A stretch of 64,000 bases of DNA from Eledone cirrhosa (GCA_964016885.1 OZ024743.1:330274001-330338000), one strand, 5' to 3'. Positions 1 through 18,000 are shown, counted from the stretch's first letter. Program-made: numbers and translations. Notes: generated by a model from the letters alone, not told the origin.

Positions 1-3000
1 CTTAAGTTAGTCCAATATACCCGACTACACCATACACAGGTGGTAAAGACCTTATGTTAGTCCAATATACCCAACCACACCATACACGGGTGGTCGGGAC
101 CTTATGTTAGTCCAATATACACAACCAAACCATACATGGGTGGTCGGGACCTTATGTTAATCCTATATACCCAACTACACCATACACGGGTGGTCAAGAC
201 CTTATGTTAGTCCAATATAACCAACCACACCATACACGGGTGGTCGGGACCTTATGTTAGTCCAATATACCCAACCACACCATACACAGGTGGTCAGGAC
301 CTTATGTTAGTCCAATATACCCAACCAAACCATAGACGGGTGGTCGGGACCTTATGTTAGTCCTATATATCCAACTACACCATACACGGGTGGTCGGGAC
401 CTTATGTTAGTCCAATATACTCAACCACACCATACAAGGGTGGTCGGGACCCTATGTTAGTCCAATATACCCAACCACACCATACACGGGTGGTCGGGAC
501 CTTATGTTAGTCCAATATACCCAACCACACCATACACGGGTGGTCGGGACCTTATGTTAGTCCAATATACCCAACTACACCATACACAGGTGGTCGCGAC
601 CTTATGTTAGTCCAATATACCCAACTACACCATACACAGGTGGTCATGACCTTATGTTAGTCCAATATAACCAACCACACCATACACAGGTGGTCGGGAC
701 CTTATGTTAGTCCAATATACCCAACCACACCATACAAGGGTGGTCGGGACACTATGTTAGTCCAATATACTCAACCACACCATACAAGGGTGGTCGCGAC
801 CTTATGTTAGTCCAATATACTCAACCACACCATACACAGGTAGTCTGGACCTTATGTTAGTCCAATATACCCAACCACACCATACACAGGTAGTCGGGAC
901 TTTATGTTAGTCCAATATACCCAACCACACCATACACAGGTAGTCGGGACCTTATGTTAGTCCAATATACCCAACTACACCATACACATGTGGTCGGGAC
1001 CTTATGTTAGTCCAATATACCCAACTACACCATACACAGGTGGTCGGGACCTTATGCTAGTCCAATATACGCAACCACACCATACACAGGTAGTCGGGAC
1101 CTTATGCTAGTCCAATATACCCAACCACACCATACACGGGTGGTCGGGACCTTATGTTAGTCCAATATACCCAACCAGACCATACAAGGGTGGTCGGGAC
1201 CTTATGTTAGTCAAATATACTCAACTACACCATACACAGGTGGTCGGGACCTTATGTTTGTCCAATATAATCAACCACACCATACAAGGGTGGTCGGGAC
1301 CCTATGTTAGCCCAATATACCCAACTAAACCATACAAGGGTGGTCGGGACCTTATGTTAGTCCAATATACTCAACCACACCATACACAGGTGGTCGGAAC
1401 TTTATGTTAGTCCAATATGCTCAACCACACCATACACAGGTGGTCGGGACATTATGTTAGTCCAATATACCCAACTACACCATACACAGGTAGTCGGGAC
1501 CTTATGTTAGTCCAATATACCCAACCACACCATACACGGGTGGTCGGGACCTTATGTTAGTCCAATATACCCAACCACACCATACACGGGTGGTCGGGAC
1601 CTTATGTTAGTCCAATATACCCAACCACACCATACACGGGTGGTCAAGACCTTATGTTAGTCCAATATACCCAACTACACCATACACAGGTGGTCATGAC
1701 CTTATGTTAGTCCAATATAACCAACCACACCAGACACAGGTGGTCGGTACCTTATGTTAGTCAAATATAACCAACCACACTATACACGGGTGGTCGGGAC
1801 CTTAAGTTAGTCCAATATACCCGACTACACCATACACAGGTGGTAAAGACCTTATGTTAGTCCAATATACCCAACCACACCATACACGGGTGGTCGGGAC
1901 CTTATGTTAGTCCAATATACACAACCAAACCATACATGGGTGGTCGGGACCTTATGTTAATCCTATATACCCAACTACACCATACACGGGTGGTCAAGAC
2001 CTTATGTTAGTCCCATATAACCAACCACACCATACACGGGTGGTCGGGACCTTATGTTAGTCCAATATACCCAACCACACCATACACAGGTGGTCAGGAC
2101 CTTATGTTAGTCCAATATACCCAACCAAACCATAGACGGGTGGTCGGGACCTTATGTTAGTCCTATATATCCAACTACACCATACACGGGTGGTCGGGAC
2201 CTTATGTTAGTCCAATATACTCAACCACACCATACCAGGGTGGTCGGGACCCTATGTTAGTCCAATATACCCAACCACACCATACACGGGTGGTCGGGAC
2301 CTTATGTTAGTCCAATATACCCAACCACACCATACACGGGTGGTCGGGACCTTATGTTAGTCCAATATACCCAACTACACCATACACAGGTGGTCGCGAC
2401 CTTATGTTAGTCTAATATACCCAACTACACCATACACAGGTGGTCATGACCTTATGTTAGTCCAATATAACCAACCACACCATACACAGGTGGTCGGGAC
2501 CTTATGTTAGTCCAATATACCCAACCACACCATACAAGGGTGGTCGGGACACTATGTTAGTCCAATATACTCAACCACACCATACAAGGGTGGTCGGGAC
2601 CTTATGTTAGTCCAATATACTCAACCACACCATACACAGGTAGTCTGGACCTTATGTTAGTCCAATATACCCAACCACACCATACACAGGTAGTCGGGAC
2701 TTTATGTTAGTCCAATATACCCAACCACACCATACACAGGTAGTCGGGACCTTATGTTAGTCCAATATACCCAACTACACCATACACATGTGGTCGGGAC
2801 CTTATGTTAGTCCAATATACCCAACTACACCATACACAGGTGGTCGGGACCTTATGCTAGTCCAATATACCCAACCACACGATACACAGGTAGTCGGGAC
2901 CTTATGCTAGTACAATATACCCAACCACACCATACACGGGTGGTCGGGACCTTATGTTAGTCCAATATACCCAACCAGACCATACAAGGGTGGTCGGGAC

Positions 3001-6000
3001 CTTATGTTAGTCAAATATACTCAACTACACCATACACAGGTGGTCGGGACCTTATGTTTGTCCAATATAATCAACCACACCATACAAGGGTGGTCGGGAC
3101 CCTATGTTAGCCCAATATACCCAACTAAACCATACAAGGGTGGTCGGGACCTTATGTTAGTCCAATATACTCAACCACACCATACACAGGTGGTCGGGAC
3201 TTTATGTTAGTCCAATATGCTCAACCACACCATACACATGTGGTCGGGACATTATGTTAGTCCAATATACCCAACTACACCATACACAGGTAGTCGGGAC
3301 CTTATGTTAGTCCAATATACCCAACCACACCATACACGGGTGGTCGGGACCTTATGTTAGTCCAATATACCCAACCACACCATACACGGGTGGTCGGGAC
3401 CTTATGTTAGTCCAATATACCCAACAACACCATACACAGGTGGTTGGGACCTTATGTTAGTACAATATACCCAACTACACCATACACAGGTGGTCATGAC
3501 CTTATGTTAGTCCAATATAACCAACCACACCATACACAGGTGGTCGGGACCTTATGTTAGTCCAATATACCCAACCACACCATACAAGGGTGGTCGGGAC
3601 CTTATGTTAGTCCAATATACTCAACCACACCATACACAGGTAGTCTGGACCTTATGTTAGTCCAATATACCCAACCACACCATACACAGGTAGTCGGGAC
3701 CTTATGTTAGTCCAATATACCCAACCACACCATACACAGGTAGTCGGGACCTTATATTAGTCCAATATACCCAACTACACCATACACAGGTGGTCGGGAC
3801 CTTATGTTAGTCCAATGTACCCAACCACACCATACACAGGTAGTCGGGACCTTATGCTAGTCCAATATACCCAACCACACCATACACAGGTGGTCGGGAC
3901 CTTGTGTAAGTCCAATATACTCAACCACATCATACACAGGTAGTAGGGACCTTATGTTAATCCAATATACCCAACCACACCATACAAGGGTGGTCGGGAA
4001 CTTATGTTAGTCCAATATACTCAACCACACCACACAGAGGTGGTCGGGGCCTTATGTTAGTCCAATATACTCAAGCACACCATACACAGGTGGTAGGGAC
4101 CTTATGTTAGTCCAATATACCGAACAACACCATACATAGGTGGTCGGGACCTTATGTTAGTCCAATATACCCAACCACACCATACACGGGTGGTCGGGAC
4201 CTAATGTTAGTCCAATATACCCAACTACACCATACACAGGTGGTCAGGACCTTATGTTAGTCCAATATACTCAACCACACCATACACAGGTGGTCGGTCC
4301 CTTATGTTTGTCCAATATACTCAACCACACCATACACAGGTGGTCAGGACCTTATGTTAGTCCAATATACCCAACTACACCATACACAGGTGGTCAGGAC
4401 CTTATGTTAGTCCAATATACCCAACCACACCATACACAGGTGGTCGGGACCTTATGTTAGTCCAATATACCCAATTACACCATACACAGGTGGTCAAGAC
4501 CTTATGTTAGTCCAATATACCCAACTACGCCATACACGGGTGGTCGGGACCTTATGTTAGTCCAATATATCCAACTACACCATGCACGGGTGGTCGGGAC
4601 CTTATTTTAGCCCAACATACCCAACCACACCATACACGAGTGGTCGGGACCTTATATTAGTCCAATATACCCAACCACACATACATAGGGGGTCAAGACT
4701 TTATGTTAGTACAATATACCCAACCACACCATACACGGGTGGTCGGGATCTTATGTTAGTCCAATATACCCAATTACACCATACAGAGGTAGTCGGGACC
4801 TTATGTTAGTCCAATATACCCAACTACACCATACACAGGTGGTCAGGACCTTATGTTAGTCCAATATACCCAACCACACCATACACAGGTGGTCGGGACC
4901 TTATGTTAGTCCAATATACCCAATTACACCATACACAGGTGGTCAAGACCTTATGTTAGTCCAATATACCCAACTACGCCATACACGGGTGGTCGGGACC
5001 TTATGTTAGTCCAATATATCCAACTACACCATGCACGGGTGGTTGGGACCTTATTTTAGCCCAATATACCCAACCACACCATACACGAGTGGTCGGGACC
5101 TTATGTTAGTCCAATATACCCAACCACACATACATAGGTGGTCAAGACCTTATGTTAGTCCAATATACCCAACCACACCATACACGGGTGGTCGGGACCT
5201 TATGTTAGTCCAATATACCCAACTACACCATACACAGGTAGTCTGGACCTTATGTTAGTCCAATATACCCAACCACACCATACACGGGTGGTCGGGACCT
5301 TATGTTAGTCCAATATACCCAACCACACCATACACGGGTGGTCAAGACCTTATGTTAGTCCAATATACCCAACTACACCATACACAGGTGGTCATGACCT
5401 TATGTTAGTCCAATATAACCAACCACACCAGACACAGGTGGTCGGTACCTTATGTTAGTCAAATATAACCAACCACACTATACACGGGTGGTCGGGACCT
5501 TAAGTTAGTCCAATATACCCGACTACACCATACACAGGTGGTAAAGACCTTATGTTAGTCCAATATACCCAACCAAACCATACACGGGTGGTCGGGACCT
5601 TATGTTAGTCCAATATACACAACCAAACCATACATGGATGGTCGGGACCTTATGTTAATCCTATATACCCAACTACACCATACACGGGTGGTCAAGACCT
5701 TATGTTAGTCCAATATAACCAACCACACCATACACGGGTGGTCGGGACCTTATGTTAGTCCAATATACCCAACCACACCATACACAGGTGGTCAGGACCT
5801 TATGTTAGTCCAATATACCCAACCAAACCATAGACGGGTGGTCGGGACCTTATGTTAGTCCTATATATCCAACTACACCATACACGGGTGGTCGGGACCT
5901 TATCTTAGTCCAATATACTCAACCACACCATACAAGGGTGGTCGGGACCCTATGTTAGTCCAATATACCCAACCACACCATACACGGGTGGTCGGGACCT

Positions 6001-9000
6001 TATGTTAGTCCAATATACCCAACCACACCATACACGGGTGGTCGGGACCTTATGTTAGTCCAATATACCCAACTACACCATACACAGGTGGTCGCGACCT
6101 TATGTTAGTCCAATATACCCAACTACACCATACACAGGTGGTCATGACCTTATGTTAGTCCAATATAACCAACCACACCATACACAGGTGGTCGGGACCT
6201 TATGTTAGTCCAATATACCCAACCACACCATACAAGGGTGGTCGGGACACTATGTTAGTCCAATATACTCAACCACACCATACAAGGGTGGTCGGGACCT
6301 TATGTTAGTCCAATATACTCAACCACACCATACACAGGTAGTCTGGACCTTATGTTAGTCCAATATACCCAACCACACCATACACAGGTAGTCGGGACCT
6401 TATGTTAGTCCAATATACCCAACCACACCATACACAGGTAGTCGGGACCTTATGTTAGTCCAATATACCCAACTACACCATACACATGTGGTCGGGACCT
6501 TATGTTAGTCCAATATACCCAACTACACCATACACAGGTGGTCGGGACCTTATGCTAGTCCAATATACCCAACCACACCATACACAGGTAGTCGGGACCT
6601 TATGCTAGTCCAATATACCCAACCACACCATACACGGGTGGTCGGGACCTTATGTTAGTCCAATATACCCAACCAGACCATACAAGGGTGGTCGGGACCT
6701 TATGTTAGTCAAATATACTCAACTACACCATACACAGGTGGTCGGGACCTTATGTTTGTCCAATATAATCAACCACACCATACAAGGGTGGTCGGGACCC
6801 TATGTTAGCCCAATATACCCAACTAAACCATACAAGGGTGGTCGGGACCTTATGTTAGTCCAATATACTCAACCACACCATACACAGGTGGTCGGGACAT
6901 TATGTTAGTCCAATATACCCAACTACACCATACACAGGTAGTCGGGACCTTATGTTAGTCCAATATACCCAACCACACCATACACGGGTGGTCGGGACCT
7001 TATGTTAGTCCAATATACCCAACCACACCATACACGGGTGGTCGGGACCTTATGTTAGTCCAATATACCCAACAACACCATACACAGGTGGTCGGGACCT
7101 TATGTTAGTACAATATACCCAACTACACCATACACAGGTGTTCATGACCTTATGTTAGTCCAATATAACCAACCACACCATACACAGGTGGTCGGGACCT
7201 TATGTTAGTCCAATATACCCAACCACACCATACACAGGTAGTCGGGACCTTATGTTAGTCCAATATACCCAACCACACCATACACAGGTAGTCGGGACCT
7301 TATATTAGTCCAATATACCCAACTACACCATACACAGGTGGTCGGGACCTTATGTTAGTGCAATGTACCCAACCACACCATACACAGGTATTCGGGACCT
7401 TATGCTAGTCCAATATACCCAACCACACCATACACAGGTGGTCGGGACCTTGTGTAAGTCCAATATACTCGACCACATCATACACAGGTAGTAGGGACCT
7501 TATGTTAATCCAATATACCCAACCACACCATACACAGGTAGTCGGGAACTTATGTTAGTCCAATATTCCCAACTACACCATACACAGGTAGTCGGGACCT
7601 TATGTTAGTGCAATATACCCAACCACAACATACACAAGTGGTCGGGACCTTATGTTAGTCCAATATACTCAACCACACCATACAGAGGTGGTCGGGGCCT
7701 TATGTTAGTCCAATATACTCAAGCACACCATACACAGGTGGTAGGGACCTTATGTTAGTCCAATATACCGAACAACACCATACATAGGTGGTCGGGACCT
7801 TATGTTAGCCTAATATACCCAACTACACCATACACAGGTGGTCGGGACCTAATGTTAGTCCAATATACCAAAACACACCACACACGGGTGGTAGGGACCT
7901 TATGTTAGTCCAATATACTCAACCACGCCATACACGTGTGGTCGGGACCTTATGTTAGTCCAATATACCCAACCACACCATACACGGGTGGTCGGGACCT
8001 AATGTTAGTCCAATATACCCAACTACACCATACACAGGTGGTCAGGACCTTATGTTAGTCCAATATACTCAACCACACCATACACGGGTGGTCGGGACCT
8101 TATGTTAGTCCAATATACCCGACTACACCATACACAGGTGGTAAAGACCTTATGTTAGTCCAATATACCCAACCACACCATACACGGGTGGTCGGGACCT
8201 TATGTTAGTCTAATATACCCAACCACACCATACACAGGTGGTAGGGACCTTATGTTAGTCCAATATACCCAACCACAACATACATGGGTGGTCGGGACCT
8301 TATGCTAGTCCTATATACCCAACTACACCATACACGGGTGGTCAAAACCTTATGTTAGTCCAATATACCCAACCACACCATACACGGGTGGTCGGGACCT
8401 TATGTTAGTCCAATATACTCAACCACACCATACAAGGGTGGTCGGGACCCTATGTTAGTCCAATATACCCAACTACACCATACAAGGGTGGTCGGGACCT
8501 TATGTTAGTCCAATGTACTCAACCACACCATGCACAGTTGGTCGGGACTTTATGTTAGTCCAATATACTCAACCACACCATACACAGGTGGTCGGGACCT
8601 TATGTTAGTCCAATATACCCAACTACACCATACACAGGAAGTCGGGACCTTATGTTAGTCCAATATACCCAACCAAACCATACACGGGTGGTCGGGACCT
8701 TATGTTAGTCCAAGATACCCAACCACACCATACACGGGTGGTCAAGACCTTATGTTAGTCCAATATAACCAACCACACCATACACAGGTGGTCGGGACCT
8801 TATGTTAGTCCAATATACCCAACTACACCATACACAGGTGGTCATGACCTTATGTTAGTCCAATATAACCAACCACACCATACACAGGTGGTCGGGACCT
8901 TATGTTAGTCCAATATACCCAACCACACCATACACAGATAGTCGGGACCTTATGTTAGTCCAATATACCCAACTACACCATACACAGGTAGTCGGGACCT

Positions 9001-12000
9001 TATGTTAGTCCAACAGTCCCAACTACACCATACACAGGTGGTCGGGACCTTATGTAAGTCCAATATACCCAACCACACCATACACAGGTAGTCGGGACCT
9101 TATGCTAGTCCAATATACCCAACCACACCATACACAGGTGGTCGGGACCTTATGTTAGTCCAATATACTGAACCACATCATACACAGGTAGTAGGGAACT
9201 TATGTTAGTCCAATATACCCTACCACACCATACACAGGTAGTCGGGAACTTATGTTAGTCCAATATACCCAACCACAACATACACAAGTGGTCGGGACAT
9301 TATGTTAGTCCAATATACCCAACCACACCATACACAGGTGGCTGGGACCTTATGTTAGTTCAATATACTCAAGCACACCATACACAGGTGGTCGGGACCT
9401 TATGTTAGTCCAATATACCCAACAACACCATACATAGGTGGTCGGGACCTTATGTTAGCCTAATATACCCAACTACACTATACACAGGTGGTTGGGAGCT
9501 AATGTTAGTCCAATATAACAAAACACACCACACACGGGTGGTCGGTACCTTATGTTTGTCCAATATACCCAACTACGCCATACACGGGTGGTCGGGACCT
9601 TATGTTAGTCCAATATATCCAACTACACCATGCACGGGTGGTTGGGACCTTATTTTAGCCCAATATACCCAACCACACCATACACGAGTGGTCGGGACCT
9701 TATGTTAGTCCAATATACCCAACCACACATACATTGGTGGTCATGACCTTATGTTAGTCCAATATACCCAACCACACCATACACGGGTGGTCGGGTCCTT
9801 ATGTTAGTCCAATATACCCAACTACACCATACACAGGTAGTCGGGCCCTTATGTTAGTCCAATATACCCAACCACACCATACACGGGTGGTCGGGACCTT
9901 ATGTTAGTCCAATATACCCAACCACACCATACACGGGTGGTCAAGACCTTATGTTAGTCCAATATACCCAACTACACCATACACAGGTGGTCATGACCTT
10001 ATGTTAGTCCAATATAACCAACCACACCATACACGGGTGGTCGGGACCTTATGTTAGTCCAATATACCCAACCACACCATGAACAGGTGGTCAGGACCTT
10101 ATGTTAGTCCAATATACCCAACCAAACCATAGACGGGTGGTCGGGACCTTATGTTAGTCCTATATATCCAACTACACCATACACGGGTGGTCGGGACCTT
10201 ATGTTAGTCCAATATACTCAACCACACCATACACAGGTGGTCGCGACCTTATGTTAGTCCAATATACCCAACTACACCATACACAGGTGGTCATGACCTT
10301 ATGTTAGTCCAATATAACCAACCACACCATACACAGGTGGTCGGGACCTTATGTTAGTCAAATATAACCAACCACACTATACACGGGTGGTCGGGACCTT
10401 AAGTTAGTCCAATATACCCGACTACACCATACACAGGTGGTAAAGACCTTATGTTAGTCCAATATACCCAACCACACCATACACGGGTGGTCGGGACCTT
10501 ATGTTAGTCCAATATACACAACCAAACCATACATGGGTGGTCGGGACCTTATGTTAATCCTATATACCCAACTACACAATACACGGGTGGTCAAGACCTT
10601 ATGTTAGTCCAATATAACCAACCACACCATACACGGGTGGTCGGGACCTTATGTTAGTCCAATATACCCAACCACACCATAAACAGGTGGTCAGGACCTT
10701 ATGTTAGTCCAATATACCCAACCAAACCATAGACGGGTGGTCGGGACCTTATGTTAGTCCTATATATCCAACTACACCATACACGGGTGGTCGGGACCTT
10801 ATGTTAGTCCAATATACTCAACCACACCATACAAGGGTGGTCGGGACCCTATGTTAGTCCAATATACCCAACCACACCATACACGGGTGGTCGGGACCTT
10901 ATGTTAGTCCAATATACCCAACCACACCATACACGGGTGGTCGGGACCTTATGTTAGTCCAATATACCCAACTACACCATACACAGGTGGTCGCGACCTT
11001 ATGTTAGTCCAATATACCCAACTACACCATACACAGGTGGTCATGACCTTATGTTAGTCCAATATAACCAACCACACCATACACAGGTGGTCGGGACCTT
11101 ATGTTAGTCCAATATACCCAACCACACCTTACAAGGGTGGTCGGGACACTATGTTAGTCCAATATACTCAACCACACCATACAAGGGTGGTCGGGACCTT
11201 ATGTTAGTCCAATATACTCAACCACACCATACACAGGTAGTCTGGACCTTATGTTAGTCCAATATACCCAACCACACCATACACAGGTAGTCGGGACCTT
11301 ATGTTAGTCCAATATACCCAACCACACCATACACAGGTAGTCGGGACCTTATGTTAGTCCAATATACCCAACTACACCATACACATGTGGTCGGGACCTT
11401 ATGTTAGTCCAATATACCCAACTACACCATACACAGGTGGTCGGGACCTTATGCTAGTCCAATATACCCAACCACACCATACACAGGTAGTCAGGACCTT
11501 ATGTTAGTCCAATATACCCAACCACACCATACACAGGTGGTCGGGACCTTATGTTAGTCCAATATACCCAATTACACCATACACAGGTGGTCAAGACCTT
11601 ATGTTAGTCCAATATACCCAACTACGCCATACACGGGTGGTCGGGACCTTATGTTAGTCCAATATATCCAACTACACCATGCACGGGTGGTTGGGACCTT
11701 ATTTTAGCCCAATATACCCAACCACACCATACACGAGTGGTCGGGACCTTATGTTAGTCCAATATACCCAACCACACATACATAGGTGGTCAAGACCTTA
11801 TGTTAGTCCAATATACCCAACCACACCATACACGGGTGGTCGGGACCTTATGTTAGTCCAATATACCCAACTACACCATACACAGGTAGTCGGGACCTTA
11901 TGTTAGTCCAATATACCCAACCACACCATACACGGGTGGTCGGGACCTTATGTTAGTACAATATACCCAACCACACCATACACGGGTGGTCAAGACCTTA

Positions 12001-15000
12001 TGTTAGTCCAATATACCCAACTACACCATACACAGGTGGTCGGGACCTTATGTTAGTACAATATACCCAACTACACCATACACAGGTGGTCATGACCTTA
12101 TGTTAGTCCAATATAACCAACCACACCATACACAGGTGGTCGGGACCTTATGTTAGTCCAATATACCCAACCACACCATACAAGGGTGGTCGGGACACTA
12201 TGTTAGTCCAATATACTCAACCACACCATACAAGGGTGGTCGGGACCTTATGTTAGTCCAATATACTCAACCACACCATACACAGGTAGTCTGGACCTTA
12301 TGTTAGTCCAATATACCCAACCACACCATACACAGGTAGTCGGGACCTTATGTTAGTCCAATATACCCAACCACACCATACACAGGTAGTCGGGACCTTA
12401 TATTAGTCCAATATACCCAACTACACCATACACAGGTGGTCGGGACCTTATGTTAGTCCAATGTACCCAACCACACCATACACAGGTAGTCGGGACCTTA
12501 TGCTAGTCCAATATACCCAACCACACCATACACAGGTGGTCGGGACCTTGTGTAAGTCCAATATACTCAACCACATCATACACAGGTAGTAGGGACCTTA
12601 TGTTAATTCAATATACCCAACCACACCATACACAGGTAGTCGGGAACTTATGTTAGTCCAATATTCCCAACTACACCATACACAGGTAGTCGGGACCTTA
12701 TGTTAGTGCAATATACCCAACCACAAATTACACAAGTGGTCGGGACCTTATGTTAGTCCAATATACTCAACCACACCATACAGAGGTGGTCGGGGCCTTA
12801 TGTTAGTCCAATATACTCAAGCACACCATACACAGGTGGTAGGGACCTTATGTTAGTCCAATATACCGAACAACACCATACATAGGTGGTCGGGACCTTA
12901 TGTTAGCCTAATATAGCCAACTACACCATACACAGGTGGTCGGGACCTAATGTTAGTCCAATATACCAAAACACACCACACACGGGTGGTAGGGACCTTA
13001 TGTTAGTCCAATATACTCAACCACGCCATACACGTGTGGTCGGGACCTTATGTTAGTCCAATATACCCAACCACACCATACACGGGTGGTCGGGACCTAA
13101 TGTTAGTCCAATATACCCAACTACACCATACACAGGTGGTCAGGACCTTATGTTAGTCCAATATACTCAACCACACCATACACGGGTGGTCGGGACCTTA
13201 TGTTAGTCCAATATACCCGACTACACCATACACAGGTGGTAAAGACCTTATGTTAGTCCAATATACCCAACCACACCATACACGGGTGGTCAGGACCTTA
13301 TGTTAGTCTAATATACCCAACCACACCATACACAGGTGGTAGGGACCTTATGTTCGTCCAATATACCCAACCACAACATACATGGGTGGTCGGGACATTA
13401 TGTTAGTCCTATATACCCAACTACACCATACACGGGTGGTCAAGACCTTATGTTAGTCCAATATACCCAACCACACCATACACGGGTGGTCGGGACCTTA
13501 TGTTAGTCCAATATACTCACCCACACCATACAAGGGTGGTCGGGACCCTATGTTAGTCCAATATACCCAACTACACCATACAAGGGTGGTCGGGACCTTA
13601 TGTTAGTCCAATATACTCAACCACACCATGCACAGTTGGTCGGGACTTTATGTTAGTCCAATATACTCAACCACACCATACACAGGTGGCCGGGACCTTA
13701 TGTTAGTCCAATATACCCAACTACACCATACACAGGAAGTCGGGACCTTATGTTAGTCCAATATACCCAACCAAACCATACACGGGTGGTCGGGACCTTA
13801 TGTTAGTCCAAGATACCCAACCACACCATACACGGGTGGTCAAGACCTTATGTTAGTCCAATATAACCAACCACACCATACACAGGTGGTCGGGACCTTA
13901 TGTTAGTCCAATATACCCAACTACACCATACACAGGTGGTCATGACCTTATGTTAGTCCAATATAACCAACCACACCATACACAGGTGGTCGGGACCTTA
14001 TGTTAGTCCAGTATACCCAACCACACCATACAAGGGTGGTCGGGACACTATGTTAGTTCAATATACTCTACCACACCATACAAGGGTGGTCGGGACCTTA
14101 TGTTAGTCCAATATACTCAACCACACCATACACAGGTAGTCTGGACCTTATGTTAGTCCAATATACCCAACCACACGATACACAGATAGTCGGGACCTTA
14201 TGTTAGTCCAATATACCCAACTACACCATACACAAGTAGTCGGGACCTTATGTTAGTCCAACATTCCCAACTACACCATACACAGGTGGTCGGGACCTTA
14301 TGTTAGTCCAATATACCCAACCACACCATACACAGGTAGTCGGGACCTTATGCTAGTCCAATATACCCAACCACACCATACACAGGTGGTCGGGACCTTA
14401 TGTTAGTCCAATATACTGAACCACATCATACACAGGTAGTAGGGAACTTATGTTAGTCCAATATACCCTACCACACCATACACAGGTAGTCGGGAACTTA
14501 TGTTAGTCCAATATACCCAACCACAACATACACAAGTGGTCGGGACCTTATGTTAGCCTAATATACCCAACTACACTATACACAGGTGGTCGGGACCTAA
14601 TGTTAGTCCAATATACCAAAACACACCACACACGGGTGGTCGGTACCTTATGTTAGTCCAATATACTCAACCACGCCATACACGTGTGGTCGGGACCTTA
14701 TGTTAGTCCAATATACCCAACCACACCATACACGGGTGGTCGGGACCTAATGTTAGTCCAATATACCCAACTACACCATACACAGGTGGTCAGGACCTTA
14801 TGTTAGTCCAATATACTCAACCACACCATACACGGGTGGTCGGACCCTTATGTTTGTCCAATATACCCAACCACACCATACACAGGTGGTCGGGACCTTA
14901 TGTTAGTCCAATATACCCAACTACACCATACACAGGCGGTCAGGACCTTATGTTAGTCCAATATACCCAACCACACCATACACAGGTGGTCGGGACCTTA

Positions 15001-18000
15001 TGTTAGTCCAATATACCCAATTACACCATACACAGGTGGTCAAGACCTTATGTTAGTCCAATATACCTAACTACGCCATACACGGGTGGTCGGGACCTTA
15101 TGTTAGTCCAATATACTCAACTACACCATACACGGGTGGTCGGGATCTTATGTTAGTCCAATATATCCAACCACACCATGCACGGGTGGTCGGGACCTTA
15201 TGTTAGTCTAATATACCCAACCACACCTTACACAGGTGGTCGGGACCTTATGTTAGTCCAATATACCCAGCCACACCATACACAGGTGGTCGGGACCTTA
15301 TGTTAGTCCAATATACCCAACCACACCATACATGGGTGGTCGGGACCTTATGTTAGTCCTATATACCCAACTACACCATACATGGGTGGTCAAGACCTTA
15401 TGTTAGTCCAATATACCCAACCACACCATACACGGGTGGTCGGGACCTTATGTTAGTCCTATATATCCAACTACACCATACACGGGTGGTCGGGACCTTA
15501 TGTTAGTCCAATATACCCAGCCACACCATACACAGGTGGTCGGGACCTTATGTTAGTCCAATATACCCAACCACACCATACACGGGTGGTCGGGACCTTA
15601 TGTTAGTCCGATATACCCAAGCACACCATACACAGATGGTGGGGACCTTATGTTACTCCAATATACCCAACCACACATACATAGGTGGTCAAAACCTTAT
15701 GTTAATCCAATATACCCAACCACACCATACACGGGTGTTCGGGACCTTATGTTAGTCCAATATACTCAACCACACCATACACAGGTGGTCGGGATCTTAT
15801 GTTAGTCCATTATACCCAACCACACCATACAGGGGTGGTCGGGACCTTATGTTAGTCCAATATACTCAACCACACCATACACAGGTAGTCGGGACCTTAT
15901 GTTAGTCCAATATACCCAACCACACCATGCACGGGTGGCAGGAACCTTATGTTAGTCCAATATACTCAACCACACCATACACAGGTGGTCAGGACCTTAT
16001 GTTAGTCCAATATACTCAACCACACCATACACGGGTGGTCGGGACCTAATGTTAGTCCAATATACCCAACCACATCATACACGGGTGGTCGGGACCTTAT
16101 GTTAGCCTAATATACCCAACTACACCATACACGGGTGGTCTGGACCTTATGTTAGTCCAATATAACCAAGCACACCATACAAGGGTGGTCGGGACCTTAT
16201 GTTAGTCCAATATACTCAACCACACCATACACAGGTAGTCTGGACCTTATGTTAGTCCAATATACCCAACTACACCATACACAGGTAGTCGGGACCTTAT
16301 GTTAGTCCAATATACCCAACCACACCATACACAGGTAGTTGGGACATTATGTTAGTCCAATATACCCAACTACACCATACACAGGTGGTCGGGACCTTAT
16401 GTTAGTCCAATATACCCAACTACACCATACACAGGTGGTCGGGACCTTATGTTAGTCCAATATACCCAACCACACCATACACAGGTAGTCGGGACCTTAT
16501 GCTAGTCCAATATACCCAACCACACCATACACGGGTGGTCGGGACCTTATGTTAGTCCAATATACCCAACCAGACCATACAAGGGTGGTCGGGACCTTAT
16601 GTTAGTCAAATATACTCAACTACACCATACACAGTTGGTCGGGACCTTATGTTAGTCCAATATAATCAACCACACCATACAAGGGTGGTCGGGACCCTAT
16701 GTTAGCCCAATATACCCAACTACACCATACAAGGGTGGTCGGGACCTTATGTTAGTCAAATATACTCAACCAGACCATACACAGGTGGTCGGGACTTTAT
16801 GTTAGTCCAATATGCTCAACCACACCATACACAGGTGGTCGGGACATTATGTTAGTCCAATATACCCAACTAAACCATCCATAGGTAGTCGGGACCTTAT
16901 GTTGGTCCAATATACCCAACCACACCATACACGGGTGGTCGGGACCTTATGTTAGTCCAATATACCCAACCACACCATACACGGGTGGTCGGGACCTTAG
17001 GTTAGTCCAATATACCCAACAACACCATACACAGGTGGTCGGGACCTTATGTTAATCCAATATACCCAACTACACCATACACAGGTGGTCATGACCTTAT
17101 GTTAGTCCAATATAACCAACCACACCATACACAGGTGGTCGGGATCTTATGTTAGTCCAATATACCCAACCACACCATACAAGGGTGGTCGGGACACTAT
17201 GTTAGTCCAATATACTCAACCACACCATACAAGGGTGGTCGGGACCTTATGTTAGTCCAATATACTCAACCACACCATACACAGGTAGTCTGGACCTTAT
17301 GTTAGTCCAATATACCCAACCACACCATACGCAGATAGTCGGGACCTTATGTTAGTCCAATATACCCAACTACACCATACACAGGTAGTCGGGACCTTAT
17401 GTTAGTCCAACATTCCCAACTACACCATACACAGGTGGTCGGGACCTTATGTTAGTCCAATATACCCAACCACACCATACACAGGTAGTCGGGACCTTAT
17501 GCTAGTCCAATATACCCAACCACACCATACACAGGTGGTCGGGACCTTATGTTAGTCCAATATACTGAACCACATCATACACAGGTAGTAGGGAACTTAT
17601 GTTAGTCCAATATACCCTACCACACCATACACAGGTAGTCGGGAAATTATGTTAGTCCAATATACCCAACCACAACATACACAAGTGGTCGGGACCTTAT
17701 GTTAGTCCAATATACCCAACCATACCATACACAGGTGGTCGGGACCTTATGTTAGTCCAATATACTCAAGCACACCATACACAGGTGGTCGGGACCTTAT
17801 GTTAGTCCAATATACCCAACAACACCATACACAGGTGGTCAGGACCTAATGTTAGTCCAATATACCAAAACACACCACACACGGGTGGTCGGGACCTTAT
17901 GTTAGTCCAATATACTCAACCACGCCATACACGTGTGGTCGGGACCTTATGTTAGTCCAATATACCCAACCACACCATACACGGGTGGTCGGGACCTAAT